A stretch of 63,774 bases of DNA, the filler included, from Reticulomyxa filosa (lineage: Eukaryota; Protista; Foraminifera): the NCBI GenBank assembly GCA_000512085.1. It is 18 parts of 18 records of this genome, joined end to end, with 100 filler letters (N's around TTAATTAATTAA, not from the genome) between each part and the next. Parts side by side here need not be neighbours in the genome. Positions count along the whole stretch, not along the records: positions 1 to 10,204 come from ASPP01020064.1; positions 10,305 to 11,456 come from ASPP01011821.1; positions 11,557 to 15,292 come from ASPP01046422.1; 15 more parts are not named here. One strand, written 5' to 3'. Below, in pieces: positions 1 through 12,896 of this stretch. A program made the translations under genes and the position numbers. Under the pieces are notes generated by a model that saw only the letters and a list, made by a program, of their open reading frames with translations, was not told the origin of the DNA and did not search any database. Position 1 is the first letter of the stretch. Each line of letters begins with the position of its first letter.

Positions 1-27
1 ACACACACACACACACAGACACACACA
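1..27. repeat. (AC)n microsatellite at contig start
   Basis: Direct reading. Confidence 0.9.
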
Positions 28-46
28 ATATATACATATATATATA

Positions 47-3000
47 TTGTATATGTATGCAATAATTGATATATTGTATTTGTGTGCCAATCCTTGCACT
101 ATGACTGTAGTCCACACGAGTAATGATAGCGAGAATAATAATAAGGAGAATGACAATGTTGAGACGCTGAATAACTTTTGGTTTGATGTAGCCAACATCA
201 AGTACTTGAAGCAGATTAACTTTTCGAAGCCTCGTTCCAGCGGCGAGGAAGCGAGTGATGCGACGTCGGTGCACTTGAGCTATTTCATTTACTATGAACA
301 CGATCGAAAGGCTAGAAAAGTGGTGATCCTAAACAAACGCTTGTCGGAAGAATACAACCAACTTATTCGGCATTCGTCGTCGCACTTCTCGTCCAATTGG
401 ACATCCCAACACCAATTGTTCGAAAGTGGCGTTGTCGATATTCACCTCAACTTTGGTTCATTCCGTATGGAGCGCAGCTGACACATACGTTTGCGTTGCA
501 TAACGATAATCCCTTAAGTTTGAAAGTGACACCGGTGGAAACGACATTGCCTCCGAATCAAAAAAGTTTTTTATTTTACACATAACATATATGATGTATA
601 TGCGCATAAAAGAAATATTTAATTATTATTTTTAAAAGCAATGAAACAAATAAATAGACGGAGAAGCAAAGTTGGAGTGGGAGCAGTATGCGTTGAACGA
701 TCCAGTGCATACGTATTTGCACCGACGAGAATTGGATTTGAAGCCTTCGTCCGTGAACGTGATAGAAAGCCATGGGTTCAGTTATCTGACAGTTGGTTTG
801 TCGACCACGAGTTTGTACGAATGGATGGTAAAGCATCTGTGTGACGATGGTCCCTACGAGTCAGTGGACCAATGTCTTTCCCAAATCGACGGCTTTGTTT
901 CGTACGCGTTTTTGAATGTCAGTGCGATGGCCCCTTCCATGATTAGACACGCCTTTGAAAATGACTTGTGTTTAGACAGCAGTGATTTATGGCCCAATGC
1001 CAGCAAACAGGAGGAGTCCACTTGTAACACGTCAGATGCAATGGCATGCCAATATCGATGGATGAATACGGCCCTGAGAAGCTCGGTTTTAAGGATACGT
1101 GTGGAGTGGAACATGGCGTATGGATACTATCAACTCGTCCCAAATCCAATTGCATTTGGCTCCTCTTGGCCGTATCAATCGCCACTGAGTCGACGGCTGT
1201 TCCTCGTCAATCACTACAACATCGACTTGCAAATCCAAGATTTGATGCTTTCCAATGACGATAATGTGGATGTCATACTCACCAATACAATCGTCCCTCC
1301 TCATTCCATGGTAGGCTAATACTTTTTCATTTCAGTAATATCTATTCACATCAAAATAAGAGTGTCTCAAATAACACGAACGCAAATACAACAAATAATT
1401 TTTTTTAAAAAAAAAGGTGGAAATTGGTAAAGTGCAATTGAATCCAATAAAGTTATTGTCGTCACGCGAATACGACTACATAAAGATTGAGTTGTGCGAA
1501 GAGAGCCTTCTAAAGAATGAACACTTTGTGAACAGCGGCGCATATCAATTGTATTTGCTGTTTCGTGAAATGGTGGACGAGAACCCGGACATGACGATGA
1601 CGGGATTGTACGATAACAAAGGTGTGTCGTTGTTGGAATTGGTCGTGGACAACTATCGCGGTTACGTGTGGAACACATTATTGCAAAAGAATCTCACGGA
1701 AATGACTCGGACAGTCCATTTGTGGTCGCCGCAATTGGGAAGGATTCCATTGCTTGTTCAGGCCTCTTTGCAAATGCCATCAATCATTCAGTGTCGCGGT
1801 TTGGACTTTGGAGTGGTGGATGTCGGCTCTTCTCTCGGACTTTATGTCCCTGTCGCCAATATCTTTAATCAAACCATTGAAGTGTCATTTGCCCAACTTA
1901 TTGACACCAGCAACGCTGTATTCGTCCCAACTGTCAAGTCTCTCGTCTTGTATCCATTCGAACAGGGCCTTCTCGGTCCTGTCTACTTTTTTCCTCAATG
2001 GGTTGGCTTTCATAGCACTCGTTTGTATTTGCGTAACAATCATACCTTTTTAGAAAGCGTCCAGGTCAATGGGACCGGCATGCAAGGCAATTTGCACTTT
2101 CAGAGTGTTTTGTTCTCCACTCCATCTTCACTGTCACCCGATGGCTCGGTTTTCATCCGCTCTACTTTGCATGCCCCACATATGGAGTCATTGTCCAAAG
2201 ACACGTTTCCATATCGCAATTGGCCGGATCAAGAACATGACGGGGATGATAACATGCATTGGAATGTCAATAACTACTTGGTGCCGCCGCTGCCTTTACC
2301 CAGTTCACTGAACGCAAACCATGAAAAAGGTATCCCAGAAGATGATCTTTTACAAAGTAGAGACGTGTTTTGGATTGAACATACTGACGCCTGGTCACAG
2401 ACAAGCCATTGGACACAGTCATTCGGAAAGTGGTTCGACTTTTTGCTGACATCCAATTTGTATAATCACACAAAAGAGAGACAACAGTTCAAATAATCAT
2501 TTATATAAATATACATATATATTTATATAAATGCAATTTGATGAGTATGCAAAAAAAAAAAAAAAGGTTAAATCGACTGGGACAACGTTTGGCGGTGCGT
2601 TACGACGGAGCTGACTTCGGGCTGAAAAGACAAGAGAACAAACAGTATGAATTTGTGGACAAAGATCTGAAACAGGCATTAGTGAAACGTATGAGTGAAA
2701 AAAAGCCATTGGTGTTAGAGATTCAATTTGCATTGGAAAACCGAGGGAATATTCCAATGCGTTTGGAGTCGATGGCCGTGATGCCTGTAGATGTGTGGAA
2801 ACGCAACGACGCCATCAACGACAGTGTATTGGAACAGTACAATCCATGTCCGCCATTTGAATTGGAAACAGAGCCAGTGCTGACCATTGAAAGATCGGCG
2901 TTGCGAGACAAGCGAAGGCCTTCGAGTGAAAGGCATTATGCCAATCAATACTTTGAGCCCGATATTGTGAGCAGTGCGAGTCCATCCTTATCACCCGTCG

Positions 3001-6000
3001 CTTTTGTGACATGGGCGCTATCCTATCTAATCAACATTCGCTCGTGTTCCGATGCTTTGGATTGCAACGACCATTCTACTGTCAACACTGCATCCACAGC
3101 GCAATCGTCTCCACACAGTTCGGGCTTCTTCCCTTTGGGATTTGAATTTGGTGATGCCACCACCCAATCGTCTGCCTCGCTGTCAAAAGGAAACCGCAAA
3201 GAAGATGACGAATTAGAGCCAGTCACGTTGATGCCACTGTTCGGACAAGGCGGAATGGAGTGGATGGAGTATGACACGGAATACCTGTCGTCGTTGTATT
3301 TTCAAAAAAAAAAGACATTGTATCCGGGACTTTATCATAAAAAAAAAAAGACAAATGAGGACGAAACACAGAGGACAAAGACATCAACGCGTGAAGGAGG
3401 GCGCGAAACGGAGCACGTGGACAGGCAAGTCACCGTATTGGGATGCGATGTGTTCCCCATGCAATTGGCTGCGAATGAACAAAGACAATTTATATTGCAA
3501 GTTTTATATTATGTGGATGCCCCGTCGTTGCATTATCAATTGGTGGTTAAGACCTCGTTATGGAGTTCAACTGACGAAGAAGAAGAAGAAGAAGAAGAAG
3601 AAGAAGAAGGGGATAGGGATGGAAACACAGATATTATCAAGGCGAAATATGAATATTTCAATGTCAGTGTGCATATTGATATCCCACAAGACATTTTCGA
3701 CATGTTGCAGTTGTTCAGGCCGTTGGAATGGAAACGTACATTGCTGCGCATCTGCACAATCCTATTCTCGGCCGTGATCACGATATGGGTCACGTTGATA
3801 TTGTTCCATCACATTTTGAAATGGGTGTACGACCACTACTGCTATCACAACTATGACAATGAACATGATTTTAGACTCGTGCGCAAGTTGTGCTTGTCTT
3901 TGTATCCAAACACCAGATTTACACGCTGGATGGAACAGGCCGAGGTGTATTTGTATGCTTTGTTATATTGGATCGACCGTGTTTTTCCGGTTCGAAACAA
4001 GTTGTATTCGCTTGGAAAGGCTTTGCTATGGATCGCCACGGTCTCGTCTTTGCTGGTTCAAAGCACTGCCACTGCCATTATTTACATGTGCGAACGTGCG
4101 AAGAAATGTTTTCGACATTTGACCTATCGACTCAGAAAACGACGCAAGTGGTTTGCCACTCGATTGCAAACACTGTATCGAAAGAACAAAGATACCCATG
4201 CTCCTGCGACGGAATTGCACTTACCTACCACTGCTCCTTCCCATTCCATCCATGAATATGAGGAGGTTATCGACTCATTGATGGTTTATGAAGAGCATAA
4301 GCACCATTCCAATCGTGCGCAACAACAATCTAATTCGCGGACAAATAAGAAAAAATGCATTTATCAAGTCATGTGGAGACAAGGAAAAGTACAACTTCGC
4401 AAGGGAAACATACTGTAGAAGATGTGCAACCAAGAGAAATGCCCATTCCGACTGGTTTGAGAGATGATGGTAATGCCAAAGAATCTGTAATGGACAAAAC
4501 AAACAAAGAAAAACAAAAAGTTGAAGATGTGGTTGTAGATGATATTGCAGTGAATCAAATAGATCCAGCAACACATGTGAAAAATGAAAAAATTGGGGCT
4601 GTTTCTCCAAAAAACGCTGAGAGTGATCCAATTATGCTGACTCATCCAATCGGATTGTCTGACCACAAAGAACGGGATGATGAAGATAGCCATGAAACCC
4701 GACTACCAAGCCATGCGGAAACAGATGATAGCATGTCTTCACGTTCCGAATCGGAAGAACGAAATACACAGCTCTCTGTTTCCATCACATCGTCTCCATC
4801 CGGGTCATGTGCGGTCCAGGAAGAAATTGAGGATGAACCTATTCACAAGTCTTCTTCGTTGGATAAAGATGTTGACAAAGACAAAGAAAAAGAAAAAGAA
4901 AAGACGAAAGAGATAAACTCAGAATTATCTCATAACTTGAAAGAAGAAAAAAAAAATGAGAAACAAGCATTGGACGAAGCGAACAAATCAAAGAGTGCTG
5001 AAGTGAATGTAGAAAAAAAAGAGACGAAACTTCGCAACTCAACTCACCACGGCGACCATCACAATCTTCATCCTCCTCCTCCTCCTTCTTCTTCTTCCTT
5101 TTGCATGGAAATGTAACTAAGAATAGACGAGAAGAACTGCGAACAAAAGCGTTTCCGATGCGTTTTCAGCGACAAATACGACGAGTCGAGTCGGAGCTCA
5201 TCACAGCAGTAACACCTCGAAGCAATCGACATCATCATTATCTCACGCAAGTGACTTGGACCGAGGCAATAATTCTCAAGGTGGACCTGGTCACAACAAA
5301 AACAACAGTGGCAATGGAGTGACAAGAAAAGTGAACATTCGCCATGGACGGGAAAATGGATCGTCCACTTGTTCTGCAGCTGCATCAAGCTCTTCTTATA
5401 AATTCGTCGTGACAAAAAACAAGACGTATGTTTGACGAATTCTGGCGTGAAAAGCAATAATGATGCAATCCCGTCCAGTGGCACGCCTTTGTATACGTAT
5501 CAAGTCCCACCGATAGTGGACAACAGTCCTGGAAACAAGCCTAGGAAGCCACCGAAACCTCATCGACCAATCGCAGAGGTGTCAAATGAGTTGCTAGTGT
5601 TTGCACAAAGTAACGACAAAATTGAAAAGCAGACGCCGAAAAGAAAAGAGAAAAACAGTGAGACAGAAAAAAGTCGGCAGCCAATCATCGCGTCGATTGT
5701 TCCAATCGACTTGTCACGCAACAACTTGCAAAGCTCTTATCCGTATGATACACCCTCGCCTCTTTTATGTCCACAACAATCCAAAGCCAAAGACTGCCCA
5801 TATCTCTGACTCTGAAAATTCTTCCACGCTTGGTTTGTTCCATTTTCTTTTTGCTGTTATTATTGTTGTTGTTGTTGTTGTTTGCATTGGCGACACTAAT
5901 CATTGGATAAATAAACAACAAATAAAGACTTTCCATTGTCAACCATGACGACCCTAAGTGGACGTGAACGAACAGGCTCATTCCCATCGATTGTACCTGA

Positions 6001-8044
6001 TGCAGTGGACAACAACAAATCAAAAAGCTCGAGTTTTAATCTATGCACATGTTTGATCGCAGAAATAAAACAATAGAAAAAGGGTTTGAAATATTGATAT
6101 TCTTTTTTTTTTTTTTTTTGGTTGGATTGAAATTCATGCAGGCAAAAACGGAGATATGGACGAAGGAGTGATCACGACCACCACTTCGTTCAATGAATGT
6201 TCTGTCACTGTTCCGGAACCGAATGGAAAGCGCTCACGCAAAAAAAAAAGACGGAAAAAAAGCTCGTTACAAACTCTCCGAATATCACCCATGTCAATCA
6301 CAACGCTGTGATACCACCCCTTCACGACAGCACCAACCACACCAAAGTGTCGCACCACTCCACAAACCAACTACGTATTGCCACCGATCGACACAACACT
6401 CGCCAAATCGCTCCTCAGCCACGCAATTCCAGTCCCAATCAAAGGACGACACATACACCCAATCAAGATTCTTCTGACAAGTTTTGTCATATACACATAT
6501 ATTATACATGTATATAAAAGAAACAAATAAATAATAAAATGAATAAAAAAAGAAATGTCTTGAAAGTCGAGGCAATAAAATGCAGACAACGATCGACAAG
6601 TGACTCAGGTCCAACGTCGTCTGCAATGTCACCTAAAAAAAGAGCGAATAATGGAAATATCCAGTCGAGTCAAGGCAAAGACAAAGTGATAAGCAAGACA
6701 CCAGTGTCCGTTTCAACAATGGAGCCATCGCCTTATATTGTCATTCCAAAGGCGATGCAAATCAAGGATTCCATGAAATCAAAGAATCCAATCGATCAAC
6801 CGGTGAGTCCGCTGGTCATTCACGAGATGCCCATTCCATTGCCTCCAGATGAAGACATGAGAGCTATCCCCATTCTCGGCTGCAAGCCACCGACCGCATT
6901 AAATCAATGGAAGTCTACGGCAAACGAGGAAAACAAACAAAAAAGATCCGACAATGCCGTTGACATCGTCGTAAGTCCATCTCCTGTACTCCCGCTCTCA
7001 TCTCAGATGATTTTAATCAGTGAAGACACCAAATCTGGTATATCACAGCAAGAAGAGAAGCAGGAAAAAAAAACGAAAAGCAAGTTAAATGCAGACTCCA
7101 AACCTTTTATTCCTCAGTCGTTGAAACACAAATTTGATTTGGAGACGGGCAAACCTTTGAGTCATCACAACGACCATGACCAGAGTTCGGAGCACTCCTT
7201 GCAAATGAAATCAGCCACTCATGGGACATCCACTACAACATCGGAGACCCATTTGATGCAACATGGTTCGCTATCTGCAGTCCATCCGAATCCAATGGAT
7301 TTGTACCCTCCTCCTCCTCCGTCGTCGTCGGATCACACCTTAAGTTATGCCATGGGCACAGAAGCGTGGTTCAATAATGCTACCGACCCCGATTTGTGTA
7401 CGTCGTGGACGAATGAATATTGGACATCGTCGCCAGATGGATATACGTCGCATTGCTATCGTACACCAATGATATCCGCCTATCCTCCATCGTCCTCTTT
7501 TGCGCCGCCAATTATTCCAATGTCGACTCACTCCAATCTTGACTCCAATACTTTGGAGTCTCGTCATAAGGTTGAAGAGGAGAAGCAAGAAAGTCTTATC
7601 ACCTTCCATTCAAACAATGCGGATGGAGATGATTATAAGGGAAGAAGAAATGTATCGACAATATTGGATATAGACTTGCAAGACATTGGATACGAGGCTG
7701 TGGACAATCCCTTAACGAATTACGAATCGCAACAACAAGACAAAAGCAGTCAAGAGAATGAAGATGATGATCAAGGCTTGTGGGAAGAAGCGCAATTGCA
7801 AGCTGGTGTATTGCCAATCGAAGTCGCCTATTTAAGATTAAAAATGTCTCGTGAAAAAAAACGTTGTGAACAGAAAAAAGATTTTGATCATGTTCCACAC
7901 ACTCGAGAAGATGATGATGGAGAAGGCCCCAATAGCCCTTTGATTGCATCATTTCCTACACATGTTGGTACAACCACAGATGAATTTGATGCGGATGCTG
8001 ATTCAATGCCGTTGCCTATTGATTTTACTGCGTTCCTACAGTAA
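47..8044 (+). CDS. TMEM131-like large membrane protein (multi-exon, 5' incomplete) with long low-complexity C-terminal tail and a PAM2-like motif
   Basis: Successive + ORFs are separated by short AT-rich GT-AG introns. Motifs resemble TMEM131: FALHNDNP, LDFGVVDVG..VANIFNQTIEV, LLGPVYFFP..STRLYLRNNHTFLESVQVNGTG, FALENRGNIPMRLES. A TM helix follows (ICTILFSAVITIWVTLILF). One frame change at an A-run (~4350) is likely a sequencing error. Exon boundaries are approximate. Confidence 0.7.
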
Positions 8045-10204
8045 CAATGAACTCCAAAAAAATCTTTTTCTATTTGTTGCATTTTCATCTCCTTTTTGGG
8101 TGAGATACATCTGGAAAAGATTAATTGTTTCAGATGAAATTCTAAGATGATCATACAATTTTGTTCATGTCTATTTGTCTGGATTTTTTCTTTTTTGCTG
8201 GTTGTTTTCTTTGTCGTTGCGAAAACATGAGTCCATGATAAAAGGTGTTGTAGTTGATTTTTTTTTAACTTTTTTTTCAGTTTCACTGATCTTGAGCTGA
8301 TTTTGTGCACGATCTATCAACACAAAATTGAAAAAAAAATCTTGAAATCACAATGTGCGATTTACTATCTTGTTGTCAAGAGTGTTAGACGTTCTTTTTC
8401 TGATTTGGTTTAAACTTTTTAAAAAATCAGCAGTAACGTACTCAAAAATTTTTAATTAGTGCCAAAATTCTTGAAGAAAATAGTGTATTTTTTGTTATCG
8501 AAAAAAAAAAATTTTGAGTTGATAAGTGAGTTAAAACTGCTCGTTGTTCAATTAAATACATTCGTTATATCTATTAAATCACACATTTTGTTGTGGTATA
8601 TCGAAAAATATTTATACTTATTAATTTTGACAGATCAGTGGTCAATAAATCTCGAAGCTGATATTAAATTTTTTTTGACCAAAAAGGGAAAGAAGAAAAG
8701 TAATCACCACATACTTAGAGAATTTGTAAAACGAAACAACTCTATATTACATTCCATTATTCAGAAAACGGTAACTTTTCGATAATTACTTTTGTTATAT
8801 GCAGTAATAGAGTCGCAACAGCAACGTATGAACATCTATTTAGAATGAAGAATGTGCAAATGCATTTGAAGAGGAAAGTACTAAATATCATTATCAAATT
8901 TATCAATTCAAATTAAAATAATTAAGAACTAAATTAACTAAATTTCAAAAAAAAAAATTAAAATACTCCGATAGTATTCACAGTAGACACAATAAGGGGG
9001 TGGTGTCAATGTATCACAATGCGGATCATATGCACTGACACAAGACATATGACCAGTAGTAGATAAGCTGCACATTGGAGTTGTTGATATGACGTCTACA
9101 TCATTGACTTTTTGACTTGCGGGACTGGTGCCAAAAATATCACTCACTCGGTGCAAAATGTATCGTAGCTAGTCTATCGGTGCGTGACATCTATAAAGAG
9201 CAAAAGAGTAGCCATATTAAACATACTCCACATGACAAGAATAACAAATATATGATGCCATAATACCAGTACAAAAAAGCAATTACAAAAATTGCAAAAT
9301 GGGAAAAGCGAAGACATCAAGTAGGTGAAAAGAGCAAGATGCGATGGAAAAAATTTCAAGATTTAAACAAGTGCATCAAGGACACTATAAAAAAAACAAC
9401 AAAAAAACAAAGCAATCCACCAAATGCAAATACTGTATCCAGCTGATAATATAACACCAATCTATCCACAAAAAAAAGCATTTATAATTGATGGGAAAAA
9501 AATAAATTACACTATAAAGAAATAAATTTAACATTAACCCTAAAATCATTATAATAATGGCTGTCGTCAGCCAGATGAAAAATGTATGTGCTGCAACCAC
9601 ATTAGAAAAACCAACATAAAAAAAACTGAATCATATCCCCCTATCAAACGTTTTAGAATTATTTTTTTTGACAAAAAGTTGTTTTTTTATAAAAATTAGT
9701 TCAAAAAAAATTAAAAATGACCCACAAACAAAAAATGACCCAATTTTGAAAAACCCAAGATAGTGAAAAAGAGTTAATATGCCATTTTGCCGGTACTAAT
9801 TAAACTGATTCATATCCTTTTTTTTTAATTATTATTCAAAATAAAAGTCAAATCCAAAAACGTCAATTACTAGAACATAATCCCAGTAAAAAGCACACAA
9901 AATTGAACAAAAAATTATTTATTGAAGGCAACATTAACAAACATTTAAATTTCTGTTTTCCAAAAAAAATACGTACAAATACTAATTATTTATTTAAAAA
10001 CATGTTAAATGTACGTATCACACAAATTTGAAAACAAAAATCTTACGTTCAAAGTATTGTTTTGAAAAAGCTGGAGCAATTCACTTGACTAGTTTGTGAA
10101 AACGTTTGTGGGGAGTCTACAGTGAAGAGCTTCACTAAATGTAATAACGTAAAGATTGTTACTCTCAATTAGAGTGACTTTCAGTAAACAAAGTTAAATT
10201 AAAG

Positions 10205-10304
10205 NNNNNNNNNNNNNNNNNNNNNNNNNNNNNNNNNNNNNNNNNNNNTTAATTAATTAANNNNNNNNNNNNNNNNNNNNNNNNNNNNNNNNNNNNNNNN
10301 NNNN
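10205..10304. other. Artificial contig spacer N44-TTAATTAATTAA-N44; identical spacers start at 11457, 15293, 16734, 28203, 29521, 30912, 37231, 38715, 40282, 41402, 48078, 51413, 56833, 60030, 61478, 62630
   Basis: The same 100-nt block occurs 17 times and TTAATTAATTAA gives stops in all six frames. Confidence 0.99.
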
Positions 10305-10335
<31 letters not shown>

Positions 10336-10376
10336 GTATATATGTATACATATATATGTATACATATATATGTAAA

Positions 10377-10845
10377 CCTGCAATGATGCTTTCGATTGAC
10401 AAAAGTGAATTTACTACCACAAGTACCCACTTGACAGACGTTACTCCAAGTGTCTGGAATCCAGAGCGGAGCACAGAGATCCCATCGATTTTGTTGTGGC
10501 GTGGCTTTCTTTGCGATGGCGTCGTTGAGCAAGTGAAGCCACTCGTCCCTCTCTTGCGAGGTCTGACAGTAGGCCAGAGTGGACTTGTGTTTGCCAAAGA
10601 AGAGGAGCAGACGATGGTCGTAACGAGGACTGGCCTCGACGTGGAAGATATCGTCGATGGGGAACAAGTGTAGCAGTCGTAGTCGCGGCTTGTCGTTGTC
10701 GTTGTTGTCGTCGTCGTCGCCGCCGCTGCTGATGCCTATTGCATTGGCAGTTACCTGCGTTATCGTATTTAATGAAGAGAGAATGGATTTGCGAGTTTTG
10801 TGTAATATGTCATTATTCGTTGAAGTAATATTTAATGTATTATCA

Positions 10846-10892
<47 letters not shown>

Positions 10893-11342
10893 TTCTTCGG
10901 AATGTGAATATAACACAGGAGAGGCACAGATTAACAGATCATTGAACAAAAGGAAGGTAGCGAGAACAGTATCCCCTTTTTTTGTAATGCGAACGAGATT
11001 CCCCTCTTTGATGAAGATGCGATGAGCAATGACGAGCGACGGCTTGGGCGGCTTGATGAAGCGATACTGGATTTCGCGCACGTACTTGCGCGCGTCGTAC
11101 TCCTTCATGCGCTGATTCGTCACATTGGCCGTATCTTCGATGAAGCGTAGCGCCTTTTGCAGCGACTCCAAGTCGGGGTGGTCCAGCTCCGTGCAGCTCA
11201 AGATCTCTTGCAGCAGCAGGCGGTACCGAGGTAATCGTTGGATCGGCAGTATCAGCAGTGACTCTAATGTCTTATTGCCGCACTTTTGTCGTTGCGTCAT
11301 ATAAAATGTTTTCAAGTCCATTCGTTTCCATTCATTTTCCAT
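10377..11342 (-). CDS. DH-PH-FYVE RhoGEF (FGD/frabin-like), internal exon
   Basis: DH C-terminus LESLLILPIQRLPRYRLLLQEIL; PH FIKEGNL..FLLFNDLLI..ERDEWL; FYVE WIPD..C..C..F.F.NRKHHCR; poly-Asn insert. Confidence 0.9.
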
Positions 11343-11347
11343 GTCAA

Positions 11348-11456
<109 letters not shown>

Positions 11457-11556
11457 NNNNNNNNNNNNNNNNNNNNNNNNNNNNNNNNNNNNNNNNNNNN
11501 TTAATTAATTAANNNNNNNNNNNNNNNNNNNNNNNNNNNNNNNNNNNNNNNNNNNN

Positions 11557-12086
11557 AAAAAAAAAATAATGCTCAAACCCTTTATAATGCAATGCAGTGC
11601 CAGATCCATTAATGCTACCAGCATAATCAAGACAAGGAGAAATAACGATTCCTTTTTTTTTTTTGCAAACAAATAAAGCTACGTTTATGAACTCCAAAAA
11701 AAAAAAAAAAGACAAAATTATATAACGATACCATCACACTCATCCGAACGAATGATAATAGTCACTGGCCCTGCTTTATCTTCTTCCTTCAAGTAACAGG
11801 ATTTATAACCAGCGCTAGAGTAATAGGGGTCGATTTGATATTCGTAGCCATCACTATCGGTAAATTCCACTTTCCACCAGTCATAATCCGACATTGCTCC
11901 AAGACCCACTCTATAGCGAATTCTGAGCTTATCGATCGTAGTAGAGCCATTGCTTACATATTCCCAAGTATCACTTTCTGTATCACCGTCCTCTCGAAAG
12001 CGGTGGGACACTGTAACCTTTCTTAAAGTTTGGCCAAACCAATTCTTTACTTGCACCGTTGTGCTGAAACTGGTACCATTTCCCAT
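11557..12086 (-). CDS. Small PUD1/2 (up-regulated in daf-2)-like beta-sandwich protein, two exons
   Basis: VQVKNWFGQTLRKVTVSHRF..TW..IRYRVGLG..DWWKVEF..DP..GYKSCYLKEED.G.VTIII matches my recollection of the PUD1_2 pattern. A putative intron at ~11652-11727 continues into ISPCLDYAGSINGSG. Confidence 0.6.
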
Positions 12087-12896
12087 GCTTACAGTAATAT
12101 GCACAAAACAAGAAAAAAAGGCTAAAGAAAAGTAAAAAAACAAAGATTAAGAAGTTTTTTGTTAAAAAAAGGGGGCTTTTATTTAAGGGAAAAAGTCTGC
12201 GCACTTAATCTAAAAATGTTTTCTCTTCGCACTGGCGTATCAGAAAAGGGTTCCAAAAGCAATATGAAGATAATTAATTTTATATGTGAAAAATAAACAT
12301 TTTTGATTTTTTAATTGGCTGAACGTATCTAGCACGGACTGCCAAAACAAGTAGATATAATATTTTGTCTTTCGAAAACTGAAATATATAAATGTGTACA
12401 ATCGAAGAATTCAAGCAACACCAGAACTGGTGTAAAGCAAAGTCTCTTATTTTGCTTTTAAAAACAAAGTACACCTCTTTATTCCGTTTTGCTAGAATAT
12501 TCAAAGCTCTGGAAATACTGTCAGTCGTTTAATAGTTAGGATAAAGTAATTAATGTGGTGAATTAAAAATTCACAGTGATACTCAGAGGTATTGCAATAC
12601 TAATCACCATTTAACAAATCCAAAGAAATTTAAACCCATTTGGGCTGTGAGTCTATAAAAGAGTGAGCTCTTTTGTATTGTAGATCAGCATAGTTAGGAA
12701 AATCTAAACATCAATCTCACAAAGCTTTTTTGAAAATTAAAAACAACAAAAAAGCTCAACAATCTATGAAACACTCATAAATTAATTTTACTTTTTGAAT
12801 AGAATATTTTTTCCAATAATTTCGACGAAAATTTATATTTTAAATTAAGTTGGTGTCAACAAAGTTCAAAGTTTTTCAATACTTTTTCTGTCTCAA

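Noticed and set aside
8938-9640. Hydrophobic minus-strand ORF fragments
   Set aside because: Possibly a decayed membrane-protein gene, but I could not assemble a frame or recognise a family.
10205-10304. Recurring TTAATTAATTAA flanked by Ns as a repeat or CRISPR-like array
   Set aside because: Assembly spacer; ORFs ending in X...LIN are artefacts of it.
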